The notes beneath the pieces are model-generated. The model worked only from the letters and a program-made list of their open reading frames with translations, was not told the DNA's origin and did not search any database. DNA of 48,780 bases from an uncultured Christensenella sp. (GTDB taxonomy: Bacteria; Bacillota; Clostridia; Christensenellales; Borkfalkiaceae): the NCBI GenBank assembly GCA_964642415.1, contig CAZXOQ010000001.1:1-48780 (forward strand). Reading direction: 5' to 3'. The position numbers and the translations under genes were made by a program. Of this stretch, positions 37,001 through 45,790 are shown one piece after another (position 1 is the first letter of the stretch; every line of letters begins with the position of its first letter).

Positions 37001-40000
37001 TTTACACCCATCGTAACGACTTTTACGTTGCTTAAATCGAGAGTTTCAAGCGAAATACAACCGTTAAACGCGTTGCGATATATAAGCTTTATATCAGCGT
37101 CGGCTATTTCTTGTTTCTCACGGCTGACAAAATAAACCTTTTTAAGTGCGGCACAATTTATAAAGGCGCTTTCGTTTATATTCATAACCGTTTTGGGGAT
37201 AATAACCTCTTCCATCGTGGTATTATCTTTAAACGCTTCTACGCCGATATACATTATACTTTTATCGTCGGGTATCTCAACTATTTTATCTTTGCCGCGA
37301 TATTCTTTTAGGGTATAATCGGAAATTACAAACGGATCAAGTACCCTCACGGTAAATGCCGCGGAATAAATCGTTTCGTCACCGTTATCGTCTAAGAAGG
37401 TTGCGCTTATGCTTGCAGAACCTTTCTTTTTTAGATTGAGCTTGCCTTTTTGATCTACTTCGGCAACGTCGGTATTGCCCGATTCCCATTTTATATTTAA
37501 CTCTGATTTGGGATAGTACCACGGATCGGTTTCTAAGCCGAGCGTTATCTCTTGATCGGGATACAGCGCAACCGTGCCGGACGCAGTTACAAGCCTTTCT
37601 TCGCTATCGGCTATAACGGAGAATGAAAGCGACGGTCTGCCGAGCGGTTGAGAGTTTTCCGTTGTAACGGTAACTTTTATCGTTCTTTCAACGCCCTTCC
37701 CGTTAGATACCGTTATATTTGCAACGCCTGCTTTTAGTCCGACGATTTCACCGTTTTTAACGTCGGCAATAGACGCGTTATTAGACGACCAAGTGAAATT
37801 TGAAAGATTTGCGTCGCCGCTATATGCGAGCGAAACCTTATGAGTTTGATATACGCCGAGAGTTATATTTTTCTCTCCCTCGTTTAATTCAAACGTATCG
37901 GGCGCAACGCCGGCGTTAGCCTTGGTTAAATCTATATAATACATACTGTGATTCAATGCATAGTCATCTAGTTGCAAATATAGATTGCTTTTGTATTTTT
38001 CGTAAATATCGGTAATATCGATCGAAACGGTATTTTTACCGTTCTTTACACTGTCGTAAATAGGTGTAACGTAGTCGGTAACCTGTTTAAGTTCGTCGCC
38101 GTCTTGATAGCACAAAAGCGCGGACTGAGCGTAATGGTTATCGAATATATCTAAATCGAGATATATATTTTGCTTTACAACGTTGCCGTCTTTATAATCG
38201 TTAAATCTAATACGTGCGTCTTGCAATACGGGAGCTTCGTAATCGGTATAGAAAGAGAAAGAATAGGTTTCTCTTGCCGGTTCGGATTCTACGCCGTTAA
38301 TGGATACCGTATCGGAGATAAACTCAAAGTCCATCGTATACTTGCCGTTAGAAACCAAGCCGTTTTCTAGCGGAGGTAATTCAAATTTTACGAACGCAGG
38401 TCTTCCGCTGCTACCGCCGGTGTAAGCTTTTGCAACTCTGTTTACCGTTTCGCTACAAATAATCTCGCCTGTTTCGGCGTTTTTAAGCGAATAATTGACT
38501 ATACGAGCACCGCGTAACAATCCTACGTATAGCCCTCTGAATTGCCATGCGGTAAGATAATTGTTATTATTATTTTCGCCGTAATACAAGTTATAACAAG
38601 ACATTGCGTTATGCTCTTCTTCGGTATAAACGCGCGTTGCGTTTTCGTTTTGCAAATAAGCAAACGTGCCCATCGGCATAGAATAATCTTCGTTATAATA
38701 CATTGTATAAGGCTGTGTTGCCCATACGCTTGCATTAAGCTTGTCTTCATCGTCTACGGAAGAATCTTTAAGCGAAGCGTCTACTTCATATGCCGTACAA
38801 TCGAGCATAGGCGCAGCAGCCCAATCCCCGTAGAACCCCATAAAGGGCAAAGTTAAACCGCATTGTTCTTCGGTTTTGCTTTCTAAACTTACAAAACCTT
38901 CGACAAACATTCCGTTTTTAAAGCTATCGTCTATATACTTCTTTTCGGCGGAAGAAAGCGTGAACGTAACGGTTATAGTTGCAACGGAATTGCCGCTAAC
39001 GGTAAGATCGTTGCCGCTCTTGCTTGCGCCCTCTACGCTCCACACGGGAGTTATATCGTCTAATATATGAGCTTGTTCCGCAACGGCAAGACCGTCACTT
39101 GCAAGCGTTTCGGTCATAAATACCGGATTTACGGTGAAAGTATACGCAGTATCGGCAAAGTTTGCAATCTTAAATTCAACTGTGTAGCTTCCGCTCTTTT
39201 CGGGATCATGCCCTAAGTTGACAACGGGGCGATAATCCGTATCCTCGTTTTCGGTATAAAGATATACTTTAGAATTTATAGCGTTTTTAAGGCTACCGAG
39301 TCCCGCGCCTTGTTTACGCGGAGAATACGGCAAACCGTCTCTATCGTATATAATATTTGCGGTACTCATAATAAGCTGATTTACGCGCTGAGTAAGTTCG
39401 TGCGTATTAAGATTGCTTTGAGTTTCTTTTAAATAGCTTCTTATAATAGAAACAACGCCTGCCATATTAGGAGAAGCCATACTCGTACCGCTTTGCTCGC
39501 CGTATCCGCCCGGAACGGCAGAAGTAATTTCGCCGCCGTGCGCGGTTATCTCCGGCTTAAGCTTAAGATCGGGCGTACATCCCCAAGAAGAGAATTCGCT
39601 CATAAACGGACCGGCAAGTTGAGTTTTATCTATTGTTACCGTGCCGATTCTTCCGTTAGTAGAAGCGTATTTCGCCATTGCGTTACCGGCATCCATCGTA
39701 ATAGCGGCAGAAGGTATCGGATCAACAACTTCGCCGAGCGACATTCTTATCGAACCGGGTACGTTATTATAAACAATAATACCGATTGCCCCCATACTTG
39801 CGGCTATTTCAACTTTATCTTTAAAAGTGTTGTCGCCACGCTTTACTAAAGCTATACGGTTGCCTGCCTTTAACGCGGCTTTAACCGACGGAGTGTAATC
39901 CGAAACTTTGCCGACGCCGGGAACGGAAACGTATTCTATTGTTTTGCTATTTTCCGAGCCTAGCATTTGCTCGGCAAAATTAAAGCTTTTGCTGTATTGG

Positions 40001-41451
40001 TCGTTTGATTCTTCATAATAAACGGGAGTATTTCCGTTAGCAATCATATACGGCGACATTTTTCCGCTTATACTAGCGACCGATAATGCTGAAGAAAATA
40101 CCGAAGGAGAACCTACCGTACCTGAATCGGGGTTCGACGCAAGGTTTGTTCCGAAATTTCCGCCGTAGCCCGAACTATAGTCGTTGCTTGCGGCGCAAAC
40201 CAAGCTGATACCCGCTTCGCGTACGCTTGAGTAAACTCTATTAAGCTCTTCCCCCTCGTCGTCACCGTCGGCAGTCGTAGAAAATCCGCATGAAGTACCT
40301 AAACTCATGTTTATAACGTCAACGCCGAGCAACACGCAGTCTTCGAGCGCGGCTAAAATATCTTCGGTTTGAGCACCGTTAACCTCGCTGTCTTCCATAT
40401 CGTCGGTAAAAACCTTGCATATGACAAGCTGAGCTTCGGGCGCAACACCGATAAACGCTTCCGGTACGTGATTACCGTCTTTATCGGTATACCCGTTGGG
40501 ATCGTAACCCGCAACTATACCTGCAACGTGAGTTCCGTGATTAGAATAAGAAGGATACACGTCTGCATCACTATCGGCGTAGTCGTATGCAAAAGGCACT
40601 TTTTTGCTTATATAAACGTCTTTTGCACCTAATTCCTTGCCACCGAGATTTTCTCTGTTTTCAGCAACAAGGTCTTTGTCTTTTAAGATATTTTCTATCG
40701 AAGCGTAATCGAAAACCGCTTCGTTCATAGGATATTTATCGGCATAAACCTTAAAAGCATCGTGCGTGTAATCCAAACCGGTATCGATTACGGCAACGAC
40801 CGAACCATCACCCGTATACTTTACTTCGGATGAATCATAAACGCCCGTTGCATAAACTTTGGTTTCGTTTATAACGGCAGCGGCGCGCGTAATAGCTGAG
40901 TCACTGTTTTTGGTATCGTATATACTATATGAACCTTCAGCCGTTTCGGGATGCGCGTAAGTTTCCGAAACGCAAACGCTTGCCACGCCTGAAATAGCTT
41001 TGATAGAAGATAAATATTTAGTATTAACCTTTACGGCAACGGCGTTATCGATTGCGGAATAACGGTATTCTAAAGTATAAGGAATACCTGCAGAACCAAG
41101 CTTACTTAAAAAAGCGTCTTGATCTTTTTTTATTTTACGCGCGGAATTTTGACCTTTAGAAGTGCCGATAAAATCGTTCACGTCATCGCCGCAAGCTTCT
41201 TCAACAAGGTTTTTACCGTCAAGACTAACTATAACGGTACGTATTTCACCCGTAGATTGTTCTTTTATAACGGAAGATGATAAATTTTTAAGAACGATAT
41301 CCGACATATCGATTTGCCCCGTTACATCGGTAAACAAAGCGCCGTCGGCATAAGAAACAGTGCCGCCGAACTCTAAGTTGCCTATAACGGGCGATAAACC
41401 GATCATCGCCGCAAGCGCAAAACATAACAACCGTCTTTTTGTTCTTTTCAA
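34096..41451 (-). CDS. Giant (2451 aa) subtilisin-family S8 cell-envelope protease with I9 propeptide, PA insert, Big_2 domains, BspA-type LRR region and C-terminal TM anchor
   Basis: TTG start at 41451 has AGGAGGG 6 nt upstream and precedes the Sec signal MKRTKRRLLCFALAAMIGLSPV. The catalytic triad is D223 in VAVIDTGLD (40783..40785), H305 in SNHGTHVAG (40537..40539) and S657 in SGTSMASP (39481..39483). A PA-like insert (RIALVKRGDNTFKDKVEIAASMGAIGIIVYNN) sits between His and Ser, as in lactocepin and C5a-peptidase types. Big_2-like TWSSNNASIADVKNGEIVGLKAGVANITVS lies at about 37340..37960. LRR_5/BspA-like repeats (IGVEAFKDNTTMEEVIIPKTV...) cover about 35050..37330. The C-terminal helix is YAVAVLFILIAIAFKFI, followed by a basic tail. 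There is no LPXTG motif. Confidence 0.9.
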   Translation of the reverse strand: MKRTKRRLLCFALAAMIGLSPVIGNLEFGGTVSYADGALFTDVTGQIDMSDIVLKNLSSSVIKEQSTGEIRTVIVSLDGKNLVEEACGDDVNDFIGTSKGQNSARKIKKDQDAFLSKLGSAGIPYTLEYRYSAIDNAVAVKVNTKYLSSIKAISGVASVCVSETYAHPETAEGSYSIYDTKNSDSAITRAAAVINETKVYATGVYDSSEVKYTGDGSVVAVIDTGLDYTHDAFKVYADKYPMNEAVFDYASIENILKDKDLVAENRENLGGKELGAKDVYISKKVPFAYDYADSDADVYPSYSNHGTHVAGIVAGYDPNGYTDKDGNHVPEAFIGVAPEAQLVICKVFTDDMEDSEVNGAQTEDILAALEDCVLLGVDVINMSLGTSCGFSTTADGDDEGEELNRVYSSVREAGISLVCAASNDYSSGYGGNFGTNLASNPDSGTVGSPSVFSSALSVASISGKMSPYMIANGNTPVYYEESNDQYSKSFNFAEQMLGSENSKTIEYVSVPGVGKVSDYTPSVKAALKAGNRIALVKRGDNTFKDKVEIAASMGAIGIIVYNNVPGSIRMSLGEVVDPIPSAAITMDAGNAMAKYASTNGRIGTVTIDKTQLAGPFMSEFSSWGCTPDLKLKPEITAHGGEITSAVPGGYGEQSGTSMASPNMAGVVSIIRSYLKETQSNLNTHELTQRVNQLIMSTANIIYDRDGLPYSPRKQGAGLGSLKNAINSKVYLYTENEDTDYRPVVNLGHDPEKSGSYTVEFKIANFADTAYTFTVNPVFMTETLASDGLAVAEQAHILDDITPVWSVEGASKSGNDLTVSGNSVATITVTFTLSSAEKKYIDDSFKNGMFVEGFVSLESKTEEQCGLTLPFMGFYGDWAAAPMLDCTAYEVDASLKDSSVDDEDKLNASVWATQPYTMYYNEDYSMPMGTFAYLQNENATRVYTEEEHNAMSCYNLYYGENNNNNYLTAWQFRGLYVGLLRGARIVNYSLKNAETGEIICSETVNRVAKAYTGGSSGRPAFVKFELPPLENGLVSNGKYTMDFEFISDTVSINGVESEPARETYSFSFYTDYEAPVLQDARIRFNDYKDGNVVKQNIYLDLDIFDNHYAQSALLCYQDGDELKQVTDYVTPIYDSVKNGKNTVSIDITDIYEKYKSNLYLQLDDYALNHSMYYIDLTKANAGVAPDTFELNEGEKNITLGVYQTHKVSLAYSGDANLSNFTWSSNNASIADVKNGEIVGLKAGVANITVSNGKGVERTIKVTVTTENSQPLGRPSLSFSVIADSEERLVTASGTVALYPDQEITLGLETDPWYYPKSELNIKWESGNTDVAEVDQKGKLNLKKKGSASISATFLDDNGDETIYSAAFTVRVLDPFVISDYTLKEYRGKDKIVEIPDDKSIMYIGVEAFKDNTTMEEVIIPKTVMNINESAFINCAALKKVYFVSREKQEIADADIKLIYRNAFNGCISLETLDLSNVKVVTMGVNSFYGCSSLKEIIKPQAIGTAFDRAFYGCKSLTSLDLTGMHVAGEEVFAECEKLSSITTGEFTAIGNGMFKNCTQLAYIQLNNSVIGDKAFYGCAKLKKVSLNQNDTEYVIGAEAFRYSGLAKIEYIKGCKVRKIGDYAFADTNISSFTVPSGVTEWGENVLFGNSITEIILPSDFALEQIKLSGAMFGGYTNIKLNGNDYVIEKNILYNKDKTVLLALLDEEDEVIVENSVTAIYDYAFADAYIGKITIPSSVKSIGKGAFKNSKLNSITFESGSKISEIEAEAFYGTYLSTIKLPDSVTEIGAYAFANCNFLSEISLGKNVKIIGDSAFRNCKVLEISSLPENLENLGSFAFYGCESITEITVPSAKKTGTYVFGKANSLKKVVFGDNVTDIGSYTFVEFSFSGNVKGCASLEEVIFGSGISKIKTSVFFNCSALTVVELNNITEIESYVFAECGKLKNIDLSKVVKIGDYAFYNCNALDQLTLNSVKEIGMAAIAVGNAKGAFSKIVMPVVEKIDDMALYGNHATEISLPATLKEIGYGVFACATKLENISVAKENELFFAKDGVLYKNTDGGYVLICYPTAKAVSESSYEVVDGTVRIDDYAFYMIGENIEATDESLAKISFPYSLKLIGNLAFYGSGITEYTFESIKAPVLETLYNSTVDEIQNEYVNSESPLTDPVIYSYYYSNFDELFVYYTDKVGEKSELIINYPSNGVGYDNYVYGRYFGTKTLIGELIDDVTRSFNAAAENLVSDETLSLWLSTAKNGDTQTYKADVESFSETVKEVRRLYGNVTKSQQVFIKDGYVDRLTSVENQMRAIKKLYGVTVRIQYITANEGYKIDYVEGETFDMSGLSVTVMYDDGSTEIIDSTKLTLVSTGALYTYNSDVTINYTNENGETTELFVAVNVKAADSNEQPVDEPSSGCGATVDVGGYAVAVLFILIAIAFKFIGDRKDTLKKEKNNGEDNR

Positions 41452-41567
41452 AATAACCCTCCTAAGGAGATCGCTTTATTCGCATTGTTTTAAATACATA
41501 TTTCACAATTTAAAACAAGAAATATAATAGCGACGTAATAATATTCAACAAATTTCCACAAGTATAT

Positions 41568-41596
41568 ATTTTAACCGAAAAGTCAACAATTGTCAA
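41568..41596 (-). promoter_or_regulatory. Candidate sigma-70/SigA promoter of the protease-led gene train
   Basis: The minus strand reads TTGACA (41596..41591), a 17-nt spacer, then TAAAAT (41573..41568). A second TTGAC lies 10 nt downstream of the first. It sits about 115 nt upstream of the TTG start within a 440-nt AT-rich gap. Confidence 0.5.
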
Positions 41597-41816
41597 ACAA
41601 TATAACCCTCATTGAAAAAATTTCGACATAATTCACGGAAAAAACGAATTATTGCATAAAACCAGTGAATGTTTGCATTTTTATTCATAATTTGCTTTAT
41701 TACGCTTATAATATTGTCTTTCAAAAAAACTTTTTTATTTTTTTATAGCTCTCTTTCTTTTGAGTTTTTTTGTAAATATAGCGTATTACGCTTTATATTA
41801 TAATCGCTTTATCCTC

Positions 41817-41857
41817 CATAAAAAAACACGCGGAAAAGCTTTGTGCTTTTCCGCGTG
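41817..41857 (-). terminator. Rho-independent terminator of the 2-oxo-acid dehydrogenase cluster
   Basis: A 13-bp stem pairs cacgcggaaaagc (41827..41839) with gcttttccgcgtg (41845..41857) around loop tttgt. It is followed on the minus strand by TTTTTTTATG. Confidence 0.85.
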
Positions 41858-41889
41858 AAAACCTTAATTTTTTTTATGTTTTTTCAAAA

Positions 41890-44355
41890 TTATACGCCCT
41901 TTTTAGCTCTTCTAACCGATTCAGCATCAGAAGTGTTGAGTTTAGAAACGTGTCCGTTAAGAGGCATAATCTTGTCGTTGATAAAATCTATAATCCATTC
42001 CGCCTGCGGGAAGAATTCTTCATCGAATTCGTGAGGAGGAGTAATCCAATTCTTAGCGCCGCAAACAACGGGAGGAGCGTCGAGATAATCGAAGCACAAT
42101 TCGCCGATATTTCTAGCAAAGTCGTTAAGGATAGAACCTCTCTCGCAAGCGTCGGAAGCAAGAATAATCTTACCCGTCTTTTTAACGCTTTCTACAACCT
42201 TATCGTAGTTAAACGGAACAACACTTCTTGCGTCGATAACTTCAGCTTCTACGCCGTATTTTTCAGAAAGAATTTTAGCGGCTTCCATTGCCTTATAAAG
42301 CGTTGCACCGATAGTTAAAATAGTAACGTCGCTACCGACTCTCTTTATATCGGGTTCGCCGAGCGGAATTTCATAGTATCCCGTAGGAACGCCTTCTTTA
42401 TGGAATTCTTCGCCTTTGCCGTAAATTCTTTGGCTTTCAAAGAATATAACGGGATCGGTGCCGTTAAGAGCGGCATTCATAAGACCTTTAGCGTCGTAAG
42501 GAGTTGCAGGGAAGCAAACTTTAAGTCCGGGAACGTGCGCGGGAAGAGCAACCCAATCTTGCGAGTGTTGCGCGCCGTATTTGCTGCCGACCGAAACACG
42601 AAGAACAACCGGCATTTTAAGAATACCCGAAGACATTGCTTGCCATTTAGCGAGTTGGTTAAATATTTCATCACCCGCTCTGCCCATAAAGTCGGCATAC
42701 ATAAGCTCTACGATAACTCTGCCGCCGCAAAGCGCGTAACCTACAGCCGAAGAAACGATTGCGGCTTCGGAAATCGGAGAGTTGAAAAGTCTGTGATACG
42801 GAAGAGCTTCCGTAAGTCCTTTATAAACGGCAAACGCTCCGCCCCAATCTCTAACGTCTTCACCATACGACGTAAGCGTAGGATCTTTATAATATCTGTC
42901 GATAATAGCCTCAAACAATCCGTCGCGGATATTAAAGGCTTTCATATCGGAAACCTTATTGCCCTTTTCGTCAAACGCGTAACGGAGTTTGTTAGCGATT
43001 TGCTTAACTCTGGGATTTTCTTCCATAGGCATTTTAACGTCTACGGGACGATCTTCCATCTTTTCAACCGCGCCGTTAGAGAACATAAGGTTTTCTATAT
43101 AATAGGGATCTTTAGAGAAATCGTGGTAAGGCGATTCTACGGGATCGGCTGCGAGTTTGCAAAGTTTAAGCATTCTTTCGCTTACGGAAGCGAGAATTTC
43201 GTCAAACTTAGCGTCGTTTTCCACCTTAGCGTCAACAAGCGCTTTTCTGTAAGTTATAAGCGGATCGTATTCTTTCCAAGCTTCTACCTCTTCGGGAGTA
43301 CGATAGCTCATAGCGTCGGAAGGCGAATGTCCTCCGAAACGGTAGGTTACAACGTCGAGAAGCGCAGGACCTTTACCCTGTAAAAGAAGTTCTTTCTTTC
43401 TGCCCACTGCGTCGATAACCGCGAGAGGATTAAATCCGTCAACACGTTCCGCATACATTTGAGAAGGCGTTACGCCTGCGCCAAGACGAGCGAGGAAATC
43501 ATAAGCCATGGTTTCACCGCGAGTTTGACCGCCCATGCCGTAATCGTTATTGAAGAAATTGAAGAGTATGGGAAGTCCGCCCTTCTTTTCCCACAAGGTT
43601 TTGAATTGATCCATTGCGGCAAAGTTCATAGATTCATACACTACGCCGCAACCGACAGCGCCGTCGCCTACGTTGGAAATCACTATACCCTTTTTATCGT
43701 TAACTTTTTTGTAAAGAGCCGCGCCGAGCGCAACGGGTGCTGCGCCGCCGACTATAGCGTTATTGGGATAAATACCGAACGGCAAGAAGAAGACGTGCAT
43801 AGAGCCGCCCATTCCTCTGTGGAAGCCCGTACGACGAGCAAATATTTCACTCATAAAGCCGTAAAGCAAGAAATCAACCGCTAAATCTTTAACGTTGCCC
43901 GTTTTATTTATTTTCTCTACGGGAGCGAGAGTTTCGCCACCCATAAAGTCTTTCATAATCTGATAAAGTTTATCATCGGGAAGTTTATAAATAGACGCAA
44001 GACCTCTCGCAAGAACTTCACCGTGAGAACGGTGAGATCCGAAAGTCATATCGTCAAGATCAAGGTTATAAGCCTGACCGACGGCTGCGGCTTCTTGCCC
44101 CATAGAAAGGTGCGCCGGTCCGGGATAAGTGTGCTTAAAGCCTTGATATTCACCCTTAATCTTTATGGAGTTAATCATGCTTTCAAATTCACGAAGCACT
44201 GCCATATCGTTAAAGATTCTAACGAAATCTGCGTTAGAAAAGTTTTTCTTTTCGTCGGCAATAGTTTTATTGTACTGATTTACCGCGATATCTTCAAAGT
44301 GGATTTTACCGGACTTACGAAGTTCTATCGGATCAACGAATAACTGTTTAGACAT
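41890..44355 (-). CDS. Fused E1 alpha-beta component of a TPP-dependent 2-oxo-acid (or acetoin) dehydrogenase complex
   Basis: This is a single 821-aa ORF. The N-terminal half has E1-alpha features: the TPP motif VGDGAVGCGVVYESMNFAA and YRFGGHSPSDAMSYR. The C-terminal half has E1-beta/transketolase-like features: SYGEDVRDWGGAFAVYKGL, VIVELMYADFMGRAGDEIFNQ and PVVLRVSVG. ATG is preceded by AGGAGAA. Confidence 0.85.
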   Translation of the reverse strand: MSKQLFVDPIELRKSGKIHFEDIAVNQYNKTIADEKKNFSNADFVRIFNDMAVLREFESMINSIKIKGEYQGFKHTYPGPAHLSMGQEAAAVGQAYNLDLDDMTFGSHRSHGEVLARGLASIYKLPDDKLYQIMKDFMGGETLAPVEKINKTGNVKDLAVDFLLYGFMSEIFARRTGFHRGMGGSMHVFFLPFGIYPNNAIVGGAAPVALGAALYKKVNDKKGIVISNVGDGAVGCGVVYESMNFAAMDQFKTLWEKKGGLPILFNFFNNDYGMGGQTRGETMAYDFLARLGAGVTPSQMYAERVDGFNPLAVIDAVGRKKELLLQGKGPALLDVVTYRFGGHSPSDAMSYRTPEEVEAWKEYDPLITYRKALVDAKVENDAKFDEILASVSERMLKLCKLAADPVESPYHDFSKDPYYIENLMFSNGAVEKMEDRPVDVKMPMEENPRVKQIANKLRYAFDEKGNKVSDMKAFNIRDGLFEAIIDRYYKDPTLTSYGEDVRDWGGAFAVYKGLTEALPYHRLFNSPISEAAIVSSAVGYALCGGRVIVELMYADFMGRAGDEIFNQLAKWQAMSSGILKMPVVLRVSVGSKYGAQHSQDWVALPAHVPGLKVCFPATPYDAKGLMNAALNGTDPVIFFESQRIYGKGEEFHKEGVPTGYYEIPLGEPDIKRVGSDVTILTIGATLYKAMEAAKILSEKYGVEAEVIDARSVVPFNYDKVVESVKKTGKIILASDACERGSILNDFARNIGELCFDYLDAPPVVCGAKNWITPPHEFDEEFFPQAEWIIDFINDKIMPLNGHVSKLNTSDAESVRRAKKGV

Positions 44356-44399
44356 TTTTATATTTTCTCCTATTATTTTTTTATTAAATCGCTAAAAGC

Positions 44400-45767
44400 T
44401 TAAATTTGGAATAACGCTTCGCGAACGATTTCACATACGGTCGGATGCGGGAATACGAGTTTTTTGATATTTTCGATATCCACTTCTAAGTCAATCATCG
44501 CGGAAACCGCAACGATAAACTCACCTGCGTAAGAACCTATTACGTGCGCGCCGATAAGAGTATTAGTCTTTTTATTAACGACAAGTTTGCAAATTCCGTC
44601 AAGAACGCTGTTTTCGGCTATATATCTGCCGGAATAAGTCATCGGAATGGATACAACCTTAACGTCTAATCCCTTAGACTTAGCGCTTTCTTCCGTTTCA
44701 CCGACAGAGCCTACTTCGGGATTTGTGTAAATAACGGAAGGTATAACGTTATAACGCATTACGTCTTTTTTGCCGAGCATATTGTTAACGGCAACTTCGG
44801 ATTCTCTGTATGCGGTATGCGCAAGCATAACCTTTCCGTTAACGTCGCCCGTTGCGTATACGTTAGCAACGTTAGTCATCATATGATCGTCCGTAACGAT
44901 TGCGCCGCGTTCTAGATTTACGCCGATATTTTCTAATCCGATATCTTTGGTAACGGCGCGTCTGCCTATTGAAAGAAGAATCTTATCCGCATTAACCTTT
45001 TCGGTTTTGCCGTTTCTTTCAAATACTACGCCGTCTTTTTCTATACCGGTAACCTTGCAACCGAGATCGAATACCACGCCTTTTCTTTCAAGCGATTTTT
45101 GTAAAATAGCCGAAACCTCTTTTTCGGTAGGTCCTGCGATTTTATCGAGCATTTCTACAACGATAACCTTGCTGCCGACGGAAGAAAAATAGCTTGCCAT
45201 TTCAAGACCGATTACGCCGCCGCCGATAACGACCAGCGTTTCGGGGATTTCTTGTAAATCCAAAATTTCGCGGTTGGTTAAAACGAAGCCGGATTCTATT
45301 TGCTCTTTCAATCCCACTATGGGCGGAACTACGGGCATAGATCCCGTTGCTATAAGCAAACGCTTCGCGGTGAAGGTTTCTTCACCCGCTTTAATCGTAT
45401 ATCCGTCCGCACACTTGCCCTCTATATGAGCTTCGGCGTTTTTGATTGTAACCTTGTTCTTTTTTAATCCCGCTTTAACACCGGAAACAAGCATCTTAAC
45501 AACGCCGTTCTTTCTTTCAACAACAGCCTTTTGATCGACCATTGCTTTACCCTCTACCTTAACTCCGTAATTAGAAGCGTGGTTAGCGTAATCGACTACC
45601 TTTGCCGAATTAAGAAAGGTCTTTGAAGGAACGCAACCTTCGTTTAAGCATACTCCGCCGAATTCTCTTTTTTCGATAACCATCGTGTTTAATCCGGCAT
45701 GACCGGCGCGTTCCGCTGCAAGATAACCTGCAGGGCCGCCGCCTATAACTATTAGATCGTAAACCAT
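44400..45767 (-). CDS. lpdA: Dihydrolipoyl dehydrogenase (E3)
   Basis: The FAD-binding motif is VIGGGPAGY, the redox-active disulfide is CLNEGCVPSK, and the NAD-binding motif is VIGGGVIGLE. The C-terminal interface motif is FPHPTVCEI. The protein is 455 aa. Confidence 0.9.
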   Translation of the reverse strand: MVYDLIVIGGGPAGYLAAERAGHAGLNTMVIEKREFGGVCLNEGCVPSKTFLNSAKVVDYANHASNYGVKVEGKAMVDQKAVVERKNGVVKMLVSGVKAGLKKNKVTIKNAEAHIEGKCADGYTIKAGEETFTAKRLLIATGSMPVVPPIVGLKEQIESGFVLTNREILDLQEIPETLVVIGGGVIGLEMASYFSSVGSKVIVVEMLDKIAGPTEKEVSAILQKSLERKGVVFDLGCKVTGIEKDGVVFERNGKTEKVNADKILLSIGRRAVTKDIGLENIGVNLERGAIVTDDHMMTNVANVYATGDVNGKVMLAHTAYRESEVAVNNMLGKKDVMRYNVIPSVIYTNPEVGSVGETEESAKSKGLDVKVVSIPMTYSGRYIAENSVLDGICKLVVNKKTNTLIGAHVIGSYAGEFIVAVSAMIDLEVDIENIKKLVFPHPTVCEIVREALFQI

Positions 45768-45790
45768 TTTCGTTTAATCTCCTTTTATAA

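Noticed and set aside
42400-43383. 327-aa plus-strand ORF antisense to the fused E1 gene, the longest plus-strand ORF in the window
   Set aside because: Its codons are exactly in register with the minus-strand codons. Plus-strand stops would therefore require TTA, CTA or TCA codons in the E1 gene. That gene overwhelmingly uses CTT for Leu and TCT for Ser, so the open antisense frame is a by-product of codon bias. The peptide is low-complexity and basic (R/K/F/N-rich), has no SD, and matches no recognisable motif.
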